31,225 nucleotides of DNA from Candidatus Acetothermia bacterium (lineage in GTDB: Bacteria > Bipolaricaulota > Bipolaricaulia > M55B111), in the NCBI GenBank assembly GCA_046543235.1, contig JBKGZT010000009.1:1-31225 (forward strand), given 5' to 3'. Shown here piece after piece: positions 8,555 through 17,827 of the stretch. The stretch's first letter is position 1. Every line of letters begins with the position of its first letter. The notes below the pieces were generated by a model, which was not told where the DNA came from, ran no database searches, and worked only from the letters and a program-made list of their open reading frames with translations. The translations under genes and the position numbers were made by a program.

Positions 8555-9826
8555 ATGAGAGATCGCAAATTCGTCTCGTTTCTCTTCGTTGGGCCGGCTC
8601 TCCTGATAGTGGGATTTTTTCTTTTCTATCCCACTATAATTACTACTTACACCAGCTTTTTGGGAACGGTAGATATGCAGGGGGCATTTCCTTCCGGAGG
8701 CTTCGTCGGGGTACAAAATTACGTGGATATCTTGAGTTCGACAAATACGCTCATCGCCTTCCGCAACACGATGCTCTGGCTGGTAGTTATGACTACCTTT
8801 ACAATCGGCTTCGGCCTGATCCTGGCCGTATTGCTCGACAGGGTACCCTACGAGTCGGTGGCCAAATCGCTGATCTTCATGCCTATGGCCGTTTCATTCA
8901 CAGCGGCTTCCATCATCTGGAAGTTTGTCTATGCTTACCGCCCACCCGGCTTTGCCCAGATAGGGCTCTTGAACTCACTGCTTGACAGCATCGGGGATTT
9001 TGCCTCTCGTTCGGGCGTTAACGGCGCCCTGAACATCACGTTTACCGGACTCGCGATAATATCCGCGGTCCTCGGCTTGCTCGCCTTACTAAAAGGGCTC
9101 TGGAAGACGGTAAATACCTGGAAGGAGGACCGCAGGATAGATTGGATAGGCTGGGCAGTCGTCGTCGGTTTTCTGCTCCTCGCCGCCTGGTATTCTCTCG
9201 GTTTGGCGGGTGCTCGCGAGGGATCATCCACGATGGGAATCGCCGGGCAGTTCTTACTGGTCTTTGGCCTTGTAACCCTGGGAGCCGCGGCGTTAAGGGA
9301 TAACTCGTTTGGACCCCCATTGATGGGTTCCCTGATTTTGCTCGGTCTGGTCGACTTCACCCTCTCGCAGGTCGGGTTCCAGCCGACCACCTGGCTGATG
9401 GACCGGCCCTGGACGAACAACCTGGCTCTGATAGTCATGGGAATATGGGTCTGGACCGGATTCGCCATGGTGATGCTTTCCGCCGCCTATAAAGGTATAC
9501 CCCAGTCGATGATCGAGGCAGCCAGAGTCGACGGGGCAAACGAGCTTCAGGTGTTCTGGCACGTCACCATACCGTACATGAAAACGACGATAATAGCTAC
9601 CACGACGACGATAGTCATCTTCGTCTTGAAGATATTTGACTTCGTCTGGGTAACTACAAACGGGGAATACGGCACGGACGTCCTGGCGAGCCTGATGATC
9701 CGGCAGATGTACAGCTTCTATAACTACGAGCGAGCCAGCGCCCTGGCCGTAGTACTATTCGTGCTAACCGTCCCGTTTGTGATAATAAACATCCGCCGAT
9801 TCCAAGCTCGGGAGGCAATAAGATGA
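8555..9826 (+). CDS. Carbohydrate ABC permease (MalF/AglF-like) with an internal hydrophobic insertion
   Basis: Motifs KSLIFMPMAVSF, QIGLLNSLL, the EAA loop IEAARVDGANELQVF and KIFDFVW. Confidence 0.92.
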   Translation: MRDRKFVSFLFVGPALLIVGFFLFYPTIITTYTSFLGTVDMQGAFPSGGFVGVQNYVDILSSTNTLIAFRNTMLWLVVMTTFTIGFGLILAVLLDRVPYESVAKSLIFMPMAVSFTAASIIWKFVYAYRPPGFAQIGLLNSLLDSIGDFASRSGVNGALNITFTGLAIISAVLGLLALLKGLWKTVNTWKEDRRIDWIGWAVVVGFLLLAAWYSLGLAGAREGSSTMGIAGQFLLVFGLVTLGAAALRDNSFGPPLMGSLILLGLVDFTLSQVGFQPTTWLMDRPWTNNLALIVMGIWVWTGFAMVMLSAAYKGIPQSMIEAARVDGANELQVFWHVTIPYMKTTIIATTTTIVIFVLKIFDFVWVTTNGEYGTDVLASLMIRQMYSFYNYERASALAVVLFVLTVPFVIINIRRFQAREAIR

Positions 9827-10680
9827 TTCAAAAATTACTGCGACTTTTCTCTAGGGTACCGCTTCACGTAATAGTAATATTGCTTTGTATAGTCTGGCTC
9901 CTACCCACCCTGGGTATATTCGTCAGTTCCTTTAGGCCATCAAACGACATAATGACCTCCGGCTGGTGGGAGGTTTTCCTGGACCCCGCCGACCCGGGGA
10001 ACTACACGATTGATAACTATAAATCAGTCCTATTCGGCAACAATATCTGGCGCTCTTTCATAAACAGCTTTATAATCGCGATCCCGTCGACCTTCCTCTC
10101 CCTATTCTTTGCGGCCCTTGCCGGCTACGCCTTCGCATGGCTGCACTTTCCCGGTAGAAATATCCTGTTCCTCACGATCGTCGGCCTGATAGTCGTGCCG
10201 CTCCAGATGACCTTTATCCCTATACTGAAAATCTATTCAAATACCGGGTTATATGGAAGCTACGTAGGCATATGGCTTGCCCACGCCGGCTATGGCATGC
10301 CGTTAATGATCTACATGATGCGTAACTTCATGGGCGGGTTACCAAAAGAACTATTCGAGTCCGCGTTCATCGACGGCGCATCCGTATGGACGGCTTTTAC
10401 GCGATTGGTCGTTCCGCTCTCGAAGCCGGTGATAGCATCTCTGGCGATATTCCAGTTCCTCTGGATCTGGAACGATCTGATAGTCGCGCTAATTTATATG
10501 CCGGAACCGTCCAAGGCACCGATAACCCTGACTATCGCCAACCTGGTCGGATCCGAAGGTCAGTCCTGGCACCTGCTACTACCAGCCGCTTTTGTCTCGA
10601 TGGTATTACCCCTGGTAGTCTTCTTCTCCTTACAGAAGTACTTCGTCCGCGGTCTGACTGCAGGCGCAGTAAAGGGGTAA
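9823..10680 (+). CDS. Carbohydrate ABC permease (MalG/AglG-like)
   Basis: Motifs ELFESAFIDGAS, FQFLWIWNDL and LQKYFVRGLTAGAVKG. Confidence 0.95.
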   Translation: MIQKLLRLFSRVPLHVIVILLCIVWLLPTLGIFVSSFRPSNDIMTSGWWEVFLDPADPGNYTIDNYKSVLFGNNIWRSFINSFIIAIPSTFLSLFFAALAGYAFAWLHFPGRNILFLTIVGLIVVPLQMTFIPILKIYSNTGLYGSYVGIWLAHAGYGMPLMIYMMRNFMGGLPKELFESAFIDGASVWTAFTRLVVPLSKPVIASLAIFQFLWIWNDLIVALIYMPEPSKAPITLTIANLVGSEGQSWHLLLPAAFVSMVLPLVVFFSLQKYFVRGLTAGAVKG

Positions 10681-10702
10681 TGGAGGGAAAAGGAGCCAAA
10701 TA

Positions 10703-12196
10703 TTGTTCATCAGTTTCTTAAACCCTCAGGGTAACTTCGATCCGGAAGACAGCTACTGGATGGAGCACCCGGACTTCGGAGGCCAGCTCGTCTACGTCAA
10801 GGAGACGGCGCTGGCCCTGGCCGAACTGGGGCACAGGGTGGATATAGTCACCAGGCAGTTCGACGACCCGGATTGGCCCGAGTTCTCGGAGCGGATAGAC
10901 CGTTACCCGGAATCCGATAATGTCAGGATAGTCAGAATTCCCTGCGGGCCGGACGAGTTCCTGCCAAAAGAACGACTCTGGCCCCACCTGGGAACGGACT
11001 GGCTGGACGGGATCATCGGCTTCTACGAATCGGAGGATGAATTTCCCGATGTAGCTACGACTCACTACGGCGACGGTGGGCTGGTCGGCGCCTTGCTGAA
11101 GGATGAGACCGGCATTCCTTATACCTTCACCGGCCACTCCCTCGGCGCCCAGAAGATGGACCGGTTCGACGTTTCCCGTGATAACCTGGAGGAACTGGAC
11201 GATCGATTCAACTTCGCCAGAAGAATTTTTGCCGAAAGGGTCGCGATGAACCGGGCGGACAGGGTAATCACCAGCACCAACCAGGAACGATACAATCAGT
11301 ACGGTCATCCGGCCTACGAGGGCGCCCTCTCCGTCGAGGACGACGAGAAATTCTCCGTGATCCCTCCGGGTGTCAACAGAAGAGTCTTCAACGAGGAAGA
11401 GGGCGAAGAGGACGAAAGGGTATCCAGGCGAATTCGGTCCGTGTTGACCAGGGATTTACCACCGGACAGGCGGGATCTGCCGCTGGTGATATGTTCCAGC
11501 CGGCTTGACAGGAAGAAAAACCACCTGGGACTGGTTAGCGCCTTCGTTCGTTCGGAAAAGCTGCGGGATCTGGCCAACCTGGCGATAGTGGTCCGTGGGG
11601 CGGACAACCCCCTCGAAGAACGGGAAAAATACGAAGGAGAGGCGAAGGAAATACTCGACGAGCTGGGGGCCACCATCCAGGAAAACGACATAACGGACGC
11701 CGTGACTTCCTTCCCCCTCGAGAACCAGAAAGAGCTGGCAGCGGCTTACCGGTGGGCAAAGGACAGGAGGTCAGTATTCGCCCTGACCGCCCTTTACGAA
11801 CCGTTTGGCCTTGCCCCGCTCGAGGCCATGAGCTGTGGCCTTCCCGCCGTCGTTACCGACCAGGGCGGCCCAACTGAGAGCATGGTTGATTCCGATACAG
11901 GGGAAGAATTTGGTGTGCTAATCGACCCCAAAGATCCGGAAGGGATAGCTAGAGGGTTACTCAGATTACTGGACTCCAAGGAGGCATGGGAAAGATTTAG
12001 CCTGGCCGGCAAGGCCCGGGTACTGACTCGCTACACCTGGGAAGAAACTGCAAGAAGCTATTTACGGGTTCTGGAGAATATCAGTGACCAGGCTGATGCA
12101 GGCGAACCTGAACTACTCATTCCGGACTACTTTAGAAATCCATCCCCGGAAACGGATATAGAGCTAGAACGGCTGGCTGGTCTTTATTTTGCCTAA
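10703..12196 (+). CDS. sps: Sucrose-phosphate synthase (GT4, single-domain Halothermothrix orenii type)
   Basis: FLNPQGNFDPEDSYWMEHPDFGGQLVYVKE, TTHYGDGG, FTGHSLGAQK, SSRLDRKKNH and ALYEPFGLAPLEAMSCGLP closely match H. orenii SPS motifs as recalled. TTG start with AAGGAG SD. Confidence 0.88.
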   Translation: MFISFLNPQGNFDPEDSYWMEHPDFGGQLVYVKETALALAELGHRVDIVTRQFDDPDWPEFSERIDRYPESDNVRIVRIPCGPDEFLPKERLWPHLGTDWLDGIIGFYESEDEFPDVATTHYGDGGLVGALLKDETGIPYTFTGHSLGAQKMDRFDVSRDNLEELDDRFNFARRIFAERVAMNRADRVITSTNQERYNQYGHPAYEGALSVEDDEKFSVIPPGVNRRVFNEEEGEEDERVSRRIRSVLTRDLPPDRRDLPLVICSSRLDRKKNHLGLVSAFVRSEKLRDLANLAIVVRGADNPLEEREKYEGEAKEILDELGATIQENDITDAVTSFPLENQKELAAAYRWAKDRRSVFALTALYEPFGLAPLEAMSCGLPAVVTDQGGPTESMVDSDTGEEFGVLIDPKDPEGIARGLLRLLDSKEAWERFSLAGKARVLTRYTWEETARSYLRVLENISDQADAGEPELLIPDYFRNPSPETDIELERLAGLYFA

Positions 12197-12209
12197 ACTC
12201 GATTTTTTC

Positions 12210-12237
12210 ACCATAAGAAAAGTACCTTATGGTTTTT
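12210..12237 (+). terminator. Probable intrinsic terminator of the sugar operon
   Basis: ACCATAAG-N8-CTTATGGT followed by TTTT, 14 nt after the sps stop. Confidence 0.55.
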
Positions 12238-12292
12238 GGACGTAATTACTTCAACGTAACGAAACCGAGTGTATGAGATAACTTGTAATAGA

Positions 12293-12446
12293 CGATAGCC
12301 GAGGCTTTCGAGCCTCAGGGTTAAAAAAGGTTAAAACTTTGACGGATTTTATCATGCAAAACCCGGGTTACTCAGCTGAACCTGAAAAACCGGTAAAACT
12401 TGGCAATTCCCGCCATTACAACGAGGCTAGAAAGCCCCGTCTATCG
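12293..12446. repeat. ~154-bp imperfect palindrome (possible structured RNA or MITE remnant)
   Basis: 24-nt arms 12293-12316 and 12423-12446 are 21/24 complementary. An inner stem pairs 12339-12353 with 12392-12406. Confidence 0.65.
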
Positions 12447-12521
12447 AAGAATTATTGTGGTGAAAAGTTGGAGTTAGGATTAAGTTAAAGAAAAAGAGCA
12501 TACCAAGAGGAGCTGATAGCC

Positions 12522-13175
12522 TTGCTGGGTGACGAGCTGGTAATTGAGGAAGTACATACGGAACGGGCTAGCGAAATATCGGAAGTCCTGAGGGAGAAAT
12601 TCTCAGAGGAAGAGAAGTTAGTAGTCACCATCGCCGGAGAATCCGGCTCCGGTAAGTCGGAACTGGCCTCCGAGCTCGCCCGGATCAACCGGGAACACGA
12701 CCTCGCCACCGGGATTCTCCAGCAGGATGATTACTTCGTCTTCCCGCCGAAGACCAACCACGAGATGCGGAAGAAGAACATCGACCAGGTCGGGACCTAC
12801 GAGGTAAAACTGGATTTCCTCGACTCCAACCTGCGATCGTTTAAGAAAAACGTCGACTCTATCTACAAACCCCTGGTGGACTACGACGCCGACGAGATCA
12901 CGGCCGAGGTCAAGGAGGTAGGAGATTTCCGGGTCCTGGTCGCGGAAGGGACCTACACGACCAGGTTGAAGTTTGCCGATTTCCGGATCTTTATAGACAG
13001 GGATTACAAACAGACCTACGATGCCCGGAAGAAACGGGGTCGCGATAAACTGGAGCCGTTCGTGGAGGACGTCCTGGAGAGGGAACACAAGATAATCTCC
13101 GCCCATAAAGAAGACGCCGACCTGGTCATTTCGCCGGACTACCAGGAGATAAGACTGGAGACCAGCTCGAACTAG
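12522..13175 (+). CDS. Uridine kinase/phosphoribulokinase-like P-loop kinase
   Basis: Walker A TIAGESGSGKS, QQDDYF and VLVAEGTY. TTG start after a GAGGAG SD. Confidence 0.8.
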   Translation: MLGDELVIEEVHTERASEISEVLREKFSEEEKLVVTIAGESGSGKSELASELARINREHDLATGILQQDDYFVFPPKTNHEMRKKNIDQVGTYEVKLDFLDSNLRSFKKNVDSIYKPLVDYDADEITAEVKEVGDFRVLVAEGTYTTRLKFADFRIFIDRDYKQTYDARKKRGRDKLEPFVEDVLEREHKIISAHKEDADLVISPDYQEIRLETSSN

Positions 13176-13208
13176 CTATCCGAAAACGAGCCGGCGCGTA
13201 AGCCCGTT

Positions 13209-14309
13209 TCAGCTACCGGCTATTCTACGCGCGACTCGTTTTACCTTGTCGAGGTTCCGGGACAGAAACCTCCTGTAAGCTTTACAGAGGTACGAACGAT
13301 CCTCCGGCCCTCCCGGAAGGCCCCGGTAGCGCTGACAGCCGCCGTGACAGTAGACGAGGTAATCACAGTCCCGGCATTCGCTCGGCAAATCGGTCTTGCC
13401 CCGAGCAAAATTCTGAAACTCTTCCCTTTTTTCGATCTCCTCAAGCGTCGTTTGCTTCAGGTTGCCCAGCTTCCAACTCCTTTCGACGTAGAAATCACAG
13501 GGATAGACGTCCCCGTTATGTTCAACTACGAGATACGAGCCGCAATTCTCGTCGATCTTGCAGTAACCGGGGGTCTCGCCCAGCTCCACGCTTACAAGCG
13601 ACTCGAAGTAGCGGACGCTAAACCGGGGCGGAAAGTTCCCAGTCCAGATTTCGAATACCTCGTCCAGAAAATTCCCCACTTCTTCAGGAGATGGTGTGAA
13701 CGAGGCCAACTCCTTACCTTTAGCCGTCTCTTTTACCTCTATCGCCGGTATAAACTGAAGATGGCGGAGGTCGTTCTGAAGGAAAAAGTTCAAGATGCGT
13801 TTTGGTTGTTTTACCGTTCTGCTGTTTAAAACCGTGAGGATATTAAAGGGAACGTCCCCAGCCTCCAGCAGCTCAATCGCCTCCATCACGTCCACGTAGC
13901 TTCCGCCACCATCCGGGTATTTTCTGAAAGAATCGTGCAGGTCCCTGGGCCCGTCCAGGCTTATACCCACAAGGAAGTTATACCGGCTGAAAAAATCAAC
14001 CCACTCCTCCGTCAGCTCGACCCCGTTGGTCTGAACCGTGTTCGTCACCCGCTGTCCTCCCGTGCCGTATTTCTTCTGCAGCTGGATTACATCACGAAAA
14101 AAATCCAGCCCCATAAGGGTCGGCTCTCCTCCCTGCCAGGAAAACGTCACCGGCTCCCCGCTGGCCATGGCCTGTGAGATCATTTCTTCGGCCGTTAAAA
14201 GGTCCATCCTGGTGTTGCCGGGATAAAGTTCATTCTTCTCGAGATAAAAACAGTAATCGCAGGCCAGGTTACAATCCGGCCCTGACGGCTTAACCAGAAG
14301 GTTTCTCAA
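13209..14309 (-). CDS. Anaerobic sulfatase maturase (radical SAM/SPASM, anSME family)
   Basis: KPSGPDCNLACDYCFY, WQGGEPTLMG, QTNG, GISLDGP, SPASM motif C..C..VVEHNGDVYPCDFY and CxxCxxxxxCHGGC. GGAGGT SD with TTG start. Confidence 0.93.
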   Translation of the reverse strand: MRNLLVKPSGPDCNLACDYCFYLEKNELYPGNTRMDLLTAEEMISQAMASGEPVTFSWQGGEPTLMGLDFFRDVIQLQKKYGTGGQRVTNTVQTNGVELTEEWVDFFSRYNFLVGISLDGPRDLHDSFRKYPDGGGSYVDVMEAIELLEAGDVPFNILTVLNSRTVKQPKRILNFFLQNDLRHLQFIPAIEVKETAKGKELASFTPSPEEVGNFLDEVFEIWTGNFPPRFSVRYFESLVSVELGETPGYCKIDENCGSYLVVEHNGDVYPCDFYVERSWKLGNLKQTTLEEIEKREEFQNFARGKTDLPSECRDCDYLVYCHGGCQRYRGLPGGPEDRSYLCKAYRRFLSRNLDKVKRVARRIAGS

Positions 14310-14419
14310 CTATTACCTCCTTCCGGATTTATACTGGGTTAAATTAAGCTTCTTATAACCGATTTTAAAGGGAGAAACATTGAAATTGAGTACTTATCAC
14401 TCGGGTTTACGCCAAAATC

Positions 14420-14611
14420 CTACAGGAAAGAAAAGGGCAAAGCGAACCAAGAGTGGAAAATAATAAGACGGCGGGGAGGAATCCCGTCGTAAGTCCCCAC
14501 GTAATCGTCGCTGAGTTCCAGTCCGTCGTCGGTGAGCGTAACCGTCCGGTCGAAGTAACTCCAGTTGGTATTCGGATGGTTTAGGTGGTTAAAACTACCC
14601 CATCGACGAGC
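14420..14611 (-). pseudogene. Possible gene remnant without a start codon
   Basis: Open frame reading WGSFNHLNHPNTNWSYFDRTVTLTDDGLELSDDYVGTYDG with genome-typical GAC/TAC/ACC codons, in a GC-richer patch of an AT-rich spacer. No upstream ATG, GTG or TTG in frame. Confidence 0.35.
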
Positions 14612-14892
14612 TAAAAACTGAAAACCAAGTTGCGGAATTAAATTGATTTTTCCGGATGTATATTTTATTAAGAAGGATAGAGAAGTATCAAGCTATACCC
14701 TTTTATATCTGCGCCGAAACGTGGTGGTACGGAGGTAAAACCGGCGCGGTTTGTTGCTATTTAGGCCGAAAAGTTTTAGCATAAAATAAAGCAACATTAC
14801 ACACTTGTGTTGAGTCTCGAGGAAGCAAGATTAAGCTTCCCCGGGGGAATCTTTGGACCAAACCCGACAAGGGTTTCAGGAGGGATAGCCCC

Positions 14893-15933
14893 ATGCGGCT
14901 TAAAAAGTTAAGGCTGGTTTTCGTTCTGACTCTGGCGGTTGGTTTGGTAGGTTTCGGCGCGGCGAGCGCGGAACTGGGGACGAAGCAGAAGCCGGTACAG
15001 TGGCTCTTTCCACCTTCCACTAACGCGACCGTGATAGAGGACGTAGCAAAAGAGATCGCGAGGGACCTGTTCGAGATAACGGATATCTACATCGAACCCC
15101 ACGTAACGGCCGATTACGCGGCCCTGATCGAAGCTGTAAAGGCAGCGGACGGGGACACGATGGCCACCCCGACGACGGACCAGTATACGCGGCTCTACCA
15201 GGAAACGGATGGAGGGGTTCATCCCCGGTTGGCCGCAGTTAGGTACGGGTACCCGTACTACTTCGCCAGCGTTTACGCTCCGCGAGACGAGATGGACTAC
15301 CATCCGACTACGGAAGGCGCTCTGGAAGCCCTGAAAGGAAAGACCTGGATCTATAACGACGTGGGAAGTACCTCCGGCTACGTCGTTCCGAAAAAGGTTT
15401 TTGAAAACCACGACGTAGAGATCGAAGACACTGTGGAGAGCGGCGGCCATACCGCGTCTCTTACCGCCCTGCTGGAAGGTAGGGGGGACTTTGCTACCTC
15501 TTATGGTTCCCCTCCCACCCCTCCCGACGGCGTTTACTTCGACTGGGAGTACGGCGACGATCCGGAAATCTGGATCTGGAACCACGAGCTGGACAAGCTC
15601 TATCCGGAGGAAGTCAGGGGGAAGATTTACGATACCAGACAGGCAGCCGGTGATACCGGCATGTACGACTACTGGGAGGTCATAAAGGAAATCGGCGTAG
15701 TTGCTACCTTTGGGCCGATGCCCAACGACGCCCTGACCTTCGTGGATGACTTCCCGAAGGAGATGGAGGACAAGATCGTCGAAGCAGTCGTCGAACACAT
15801 CAGGACGGAAGAAGGTTCCGAACTCTGGGGTGACTCCAACTTCTACGAGTGGACCGACGTCGAGAGGATTACCGATGACTACTACGACGGTTACAGGGAG
15901 CTCGTCGGATACCCCGTTCCAGATGACGAATGA
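14893..15933 (+). CDS. phnD: Phosphate/phosphite/phosphonate ABC substrate-binding protein
   Basis: Signal peptide. Motifs DYAALIEA, DVGSTSGYVVP, GGHTASL and MPNDALTF. Confidence 0.88.
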   Translation: MRLKKLRLVFVLTLAVGLVGFGAASAELGTKQKPVQWLFPPSTNATVIEDVAKEIARDLFEITDIYIEPHVTADYAALIEAVKAADGDTMATPTTDQYTRLYQETDGGVHPRLAAVRYGYPYYFASVYAPRDEMDYHPTTEGALEALKGKTWIYNDVGSTSGYVVPKKVFENHDVEIEDTVESGGHTASLTALLEGRGDFATSYGSPPTPPDGVYFDWEYGDDPEIWIWNHELDKLYPEEVRGKIYDTRQAAGDTGMYDYWEVIKEIGVVATFGPMPNDALTFVDDFPKEMEDKIVEAVVEHIRTEEGSELWGDSNFYEWTDVERITDDYYDGYRELVGYPVPDDE

Positions 15934-15952
15934 CTGATAATTAGAACCTACT

Positions 15953-15995
15953 GAGAGGGTGGGCCCTAGCTCGTCCGCCCTCTCTTCTTTCTTTT
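15953..15995 (+). terminator. Stem-loop after phnD
   Basis: GAGAGGGTGGGC-N8-GTCCGCCCTCTC followed by a pyrimidine/T tract. Confidence 0.75.
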
Positions 15996-16017
15996 CACCC
16001 ATGGAGGGGAGAAATAC

Positions 16018-16779
16018 TTGGCTCAACTTGAAATCAACAACCTGACCAAAGTTTACCCACCGGACGTTCGGGCCCTCAACGACGTTTCTTTCGAGGTCGA
16101 ACAGGGCGAATTCCTCGTGGTAATAGGTCTCTCCGGTTCGGGTAAGTCCACCCTGCTCCGCTGCATTAACAGATTAATCGAGCCGACGGAGGGCAGCATC
16201 AAGTTCGAGGGGAAAGAAGTAACCACCGCCGCCAGCAACGAACTAAAGCAAATACGGAAGGATATTGCCATGGTCTTCCAGCGGTTCAACCTGATAGAAC
16301 GTTCTCTGGTATTGACAAATGTCCTTACCGGACAGCTGGCCGAACTCGGCTTCTGGCGAAGCATGCTGGGGAGATTCCCGGAAGAGATGAAGCAGTCCGC
16401 CCACGAAAGGCTAAAGACGGTCGGCATACCGGAGCAGGCCTTCAAACGGGCCGACGAACTGAGCGGGGGCCAGCAGCAGAGAGTTGGTATAGCCAGGGCG
16501 CTGATGCAAAATCCGAAACTGCTCCTTGCCGACGAACCAGTATCTAGCCTGGATCCGGCTACTTCCGGAACCATCATGGATTACCTGGCGGAGATTAACG
16601 ATCAGGGTAAGACAGTCATAACCAGCCTGCACTTTCTGGATCTGGTCAGAAAATACGGAACCAGGGCCATCGGCCTGAAAGAGGGAAAAATCGTCTACGA
16701 TGGCCATCCAAAAGATATCGACGACCAGAAGTTCAAGGAGGTATTCGGTGAAGAAGCCGAGAAAGTCCACATTTCCTGA
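16018..16779 (+). CDS. phnC: Phosphonate ABC transporter ATP-binding protein
   Basis: Motifs GLSGSGKSTLLRCINRL, LSGGQQQRVGIARAL, LADEPVSSLDP and SLH. Confidence 0.95.
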   Translation: MAQLEINNLTKVYPPDVRALNDVSFEVEQGEFLVVIGLSGSGKSTLLRCINRLIEPTEGSIKFEGKEVTTAASNELKQIRKDIAMVFQRFNLIERSLVLTNVLTGQLAELGFWRSMLGRFPEEMKQSAHERLKTVGIPEQAFKRADELSGGQQQRVGIARALMQNPKLLLADEPVSSLDPATSGTIMDYLAEINDQGKTVITSLHFLDLVRKYGTRAIGLKEGKIVYDGHPKDIDDQKFKEVFGEEAEKVHIS

Positions 16780-17827
16780 CCTCCTCGATAGGGCCAAGCC
16801 GCTAATTCTGGACTGGCTGCTCTGGGGTTACCTGGCCTATACCGTGATATTCCTGCTCGACAACTACTGGTATACCCAGTACGTCGACTGGTACGGCAGC
16901 CTGACACTTGAACCCTGGGGCTGGGCTCTGACGGTTCTCGGTACCTTGGGTTGTGCTCTGGCCAGCGAGAAGTTCGGTATTAGTGTCGGTCTAAAGTCAA
17001 TTCGTGGTGAAGAAAGGGTTCCAACTAAGTCTTGGGCGCTGACGAACTGGGGGATCACGTCCATCATTCTGGTGGTCTTTACCTTCTGGGTCGGCTGGTT
17101 AACCACGGACATGGAGCTCGGGTTAATTGCCCGCCGGGCGACAAAGACCTCTCATCTCTGGCGGGGCCTTTTCCACCCTGATTTCACCCATCTCATAAAT
17201 ATCGACCCGGAACTCAACAACACCATACTGGGAAGCCTGATCAATACCCTGTTTATGGCCTACCTGGCGACGGTACTGGGAGGCTTACTGGCCGCGCCAC
17301 TCGGTTTCCTCGGTGCCCGTAACATCATGGGTGGAAGCTGGTTCAGAAAAGTGATATTTTACTTAACCCGGGCCTTCTTCAACGTGGTACGGTCGGTGGA
17401 AAGTCTACTCTGGGCGATAGTCTTTGCGATCTGGGTAGGCTGGGGACCGGCTGCCGGTACCTTTGCACTATTGATCCACTCGATGGCGGCTCTGGCAAAG
17501 CTCTTTTCCGAACAGGTAGAATCGATCAAGAAAGGGCCGATAGAGGCAGTACAATCCACGGGCGCTTCTTTTTGGCAGACCATACGTTATGGCGCTTTGC
17601 CACAGGTAATCCCTCAGTATACGGCCTTCCTCTTATACAGGCTTGATATCAATGTCAGGATGGCAACCGTAATTGCCCTGGTCGGAGGCGGGGGAATCGG
17701 ACGGTTCTTCTTCTATTACAAGAGCCAGCTGGACTGGAACCAGGTGGGTGCGGTAACCATAGTTATCGCCGCGGTCGTCTGGCTGCTCGACTACATCAGC
17801 GGCAAGGCGAGGGAGAAGATAGTATGA
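16748..17827 (+). CDS. phnE: Phosphonate ABC permease with an N-terminal extra membrane domain
   Basis: Motifs AKLFSEQVESI..GPIEAV.STGA and YRLDINVRMATVI. GTG at 16748 follows an AAGGAGGT SD and is preferred over 16700. Confidence 0.9.
   Translation: MKKPRKSTFPDLLDRAKPLILDWLLWGYLAYTVIFLLDNYWYTQYVDWYGSLTLEPWGWALTVLGTLGCALASEKFGISVGLKSIRGEERVPTKSWALTNWGITSIILVVFTFWVGWLTTDMELGLIARRATKTSHLWRGLFHPDFTHLINIDPELNNTILGSLINTLFMAYLATVLGGLLAAPLGFLGARNIMGGSWFRKVIFYLTRAFFNVVRSVESLLWAIVFAIWVGWGPAAGTFALLIHSMAALAKLFSEQVESIKKGPIEAVQSTGASFWQTIRYGALPQVIPQYTAFLLYRLDINVRMATVIALVGGGGIGRFFFYYKSQLDWNQVGAVTIVIAAVVWLLDYISGKAREKIV

Noticed and set aside
14709-14880. Several small hairpins in the phnD leader considered as a riboswitch or Pho box
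   Set aside because: No known aptamer consensus and no clear 11-bp direct repeats were recognised.
14908-16026. 372-aa antisense ORF opposite phnD
   Set aside because: It is an in-register shadow of a codon-biased gene, with no recognisable motifs and V/L/R-rich composition.
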